Below, in pieces: positions 62,920 through 64,000 of a stretch of 64,000 nucleotides of DNA. This DNA is from Candidatus Bathyarchaeota archaeon. GTDB lineage: Archaea; Thermoproteota; Bathyarchaeia; Bathyarchaeales; Bathycorpusculaceae. Under the pieces are notes generated by a model. That model saw only the letters and a program-made list of their open reading frames with translations. It searched no databases and was not told the origin of the DNA. The stretch spans positions 96,001 through 160,000 of the forward strand of contig CAWHVC010000002.1 in NCBI GenBank assembly GCA_963832745.1, in the 5' to 3' direction. The first letter of the stretch is position 1. The number at the start of each line of letters is the position of its first letter. Position numbers and translations under genes: made by a program.

Positions 62920-63078
62920 ATGGTCAAAATGAAATTAACGATAACAGTTGAGCCTGAACTAATCCACTGGATAGACGAGCAAGTTGAAAAGAAACATTTT
63001 GCCGACAGAAGCCACGCCGTTCAATACTCGCTCCACAAAGTAAAAGAGTTAATCGACAAAGGCGAAATCAAATTCTGA
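62920..63078 (+). CDS. CopG/ribbon-helix-helix protein (52 aa; not in ORF track)
   Basis: MVKMKLTITVEPELIHWIDEQVEKKHFADRSHAVQ. Confidence 0.75.
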   Translation: MVKMKLTITVEPELIHWIDEQVEKKHFADRSHAVQYSLHKVKELIDKGEIKF

Positions 63079-63335
63079 TTTTGCTCTTCTTTGATATTTT
63101 AACAATTTCTTAATCTCCTAACTTCCAAAATACGTTATTTCAGGCATTTTTAATGCTAATATTGTTTAAAGGGGTGCGTTTTGCTGCTGTTTTGGTTGTT
63201 GGAGCGTGATAACTGCCTTAAGCGGCTGAATGGGTCATGATAGTTGCCCGACCTGCATCATGTGGTTTAATGCCGTTAGTGCTTTACTCTGCAGTTCTAT
63301 GTTGAACACCAAAACCTATTTGCATCTATTTGGAG

Positions 63336-63437
63336 CCTATTAGAAATAGTGTGCAAAAACCTATAGAGGGTAGGTCAAAACCAGCACTTTTAGGCTCCTA
63401 TTAGAAGTTCTATGTAAAAACCTGTAGAGAGGTAGGT
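63336..63437. repeat. Imperfect ~40-bp direct repeat, two copies 61 bp apart
   Basis: CCTATTAGAA.....TG.AAAAACCT.TAGAG.(G)GTAGGT at 63336 and 63397. Confidence 0.65.
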
Positions 63438-64000
63438 TGCTAATATTGAAAAACCAAGTCGTTAGCATGTTGGAAACCAGTGTTTAATCTGTTGTGCTGC
63501 TTGCTTTATAGAATAACTTAAAAACAAAAATTACACATTAGTTTTGAGTTGATTGATTTGTCTTTAACGGAAGAGGAAACACAAAATATTCAAGCATCAA
63601 GTACTATTGAGCAGTTCGCTAAAATTTTTGTTAAAAATTATCCCTTGATTTTCAAAAACGGTTTTTACAATACAAAGATTTCTGCTGACGCTGACGGAAA
63701 ATTTCCTTATGAGGTGGTTCTGGAAATAAGACTTAAACAGTAAAACCCTAAAGGGGCAGATGCTATTGACTCAGAAACAGCAAAAAGCATGTTGAAACCC
63801 TTGTTTTAGCCTGTTTTAAGGTGTGCAAGCATGTTGAGGCTGCCTTTTTGTTTGATGAACCGGTTTTATGTTGCTCTTTTCTGCGTTGAATTTGCTCCTG
63901 TTGCGCAGGTGTTTTTTGCCCCTTGATGTGCGATACGTTTTATAATGTCGTTAGAGAAATGCGTTAGGTAAATTGGAGGGGGAAAAATGAGTGCAAAATG

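Overview
This is an archaeal chromosomal window. Archaeal-type ribosomal proteins, an intron-containing tRNA, and PQQ-propeller and NosD-type surface proteins point to a TACK lineage, most likely Bathyarchaeia (inference). Bases 1-22.9 kb are the right-hand part of an integrated element. It ends in the 3' half of a tRNA-Thr(GGT) that overlaps the start of an SSV1-type tyrosine integrase. The element is a dense defence island with five main modules: a SIR2-like + DUF262 gene pair; a DISARM-like operon (C5 methyltransferase, Mig-type T:G glycosylase, DrmA, DrmB, DrmC, with no DrmD/DrmE in the window); a PD-(D/E)xK nuclease/ASCH/HD cluster; an Nmad3-NucS fusion; and a DUF5343 + Swt1-HEPN pair. 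It also carries a HIT hydrolase. Three copies of a ~130-140 bp element with imperfect terminal inverted repeats separate several of these modules. The rest of the window is host DNA: an MMPL transporter, a CAT-like acetyltransferase, a FecCD-type ABC transporter behind two NikR-like operators next to hypD/C/F, hypE, tRNA-Met with an intron at 45/46, rpiA, the uL22-uL30 ribosomal protein cluster and an arylsulfatase. Many accessory genes have frameshifts, often at homopolymers, which may be assembly errors. All family calls come from motif recognition by eye, not from database searches.
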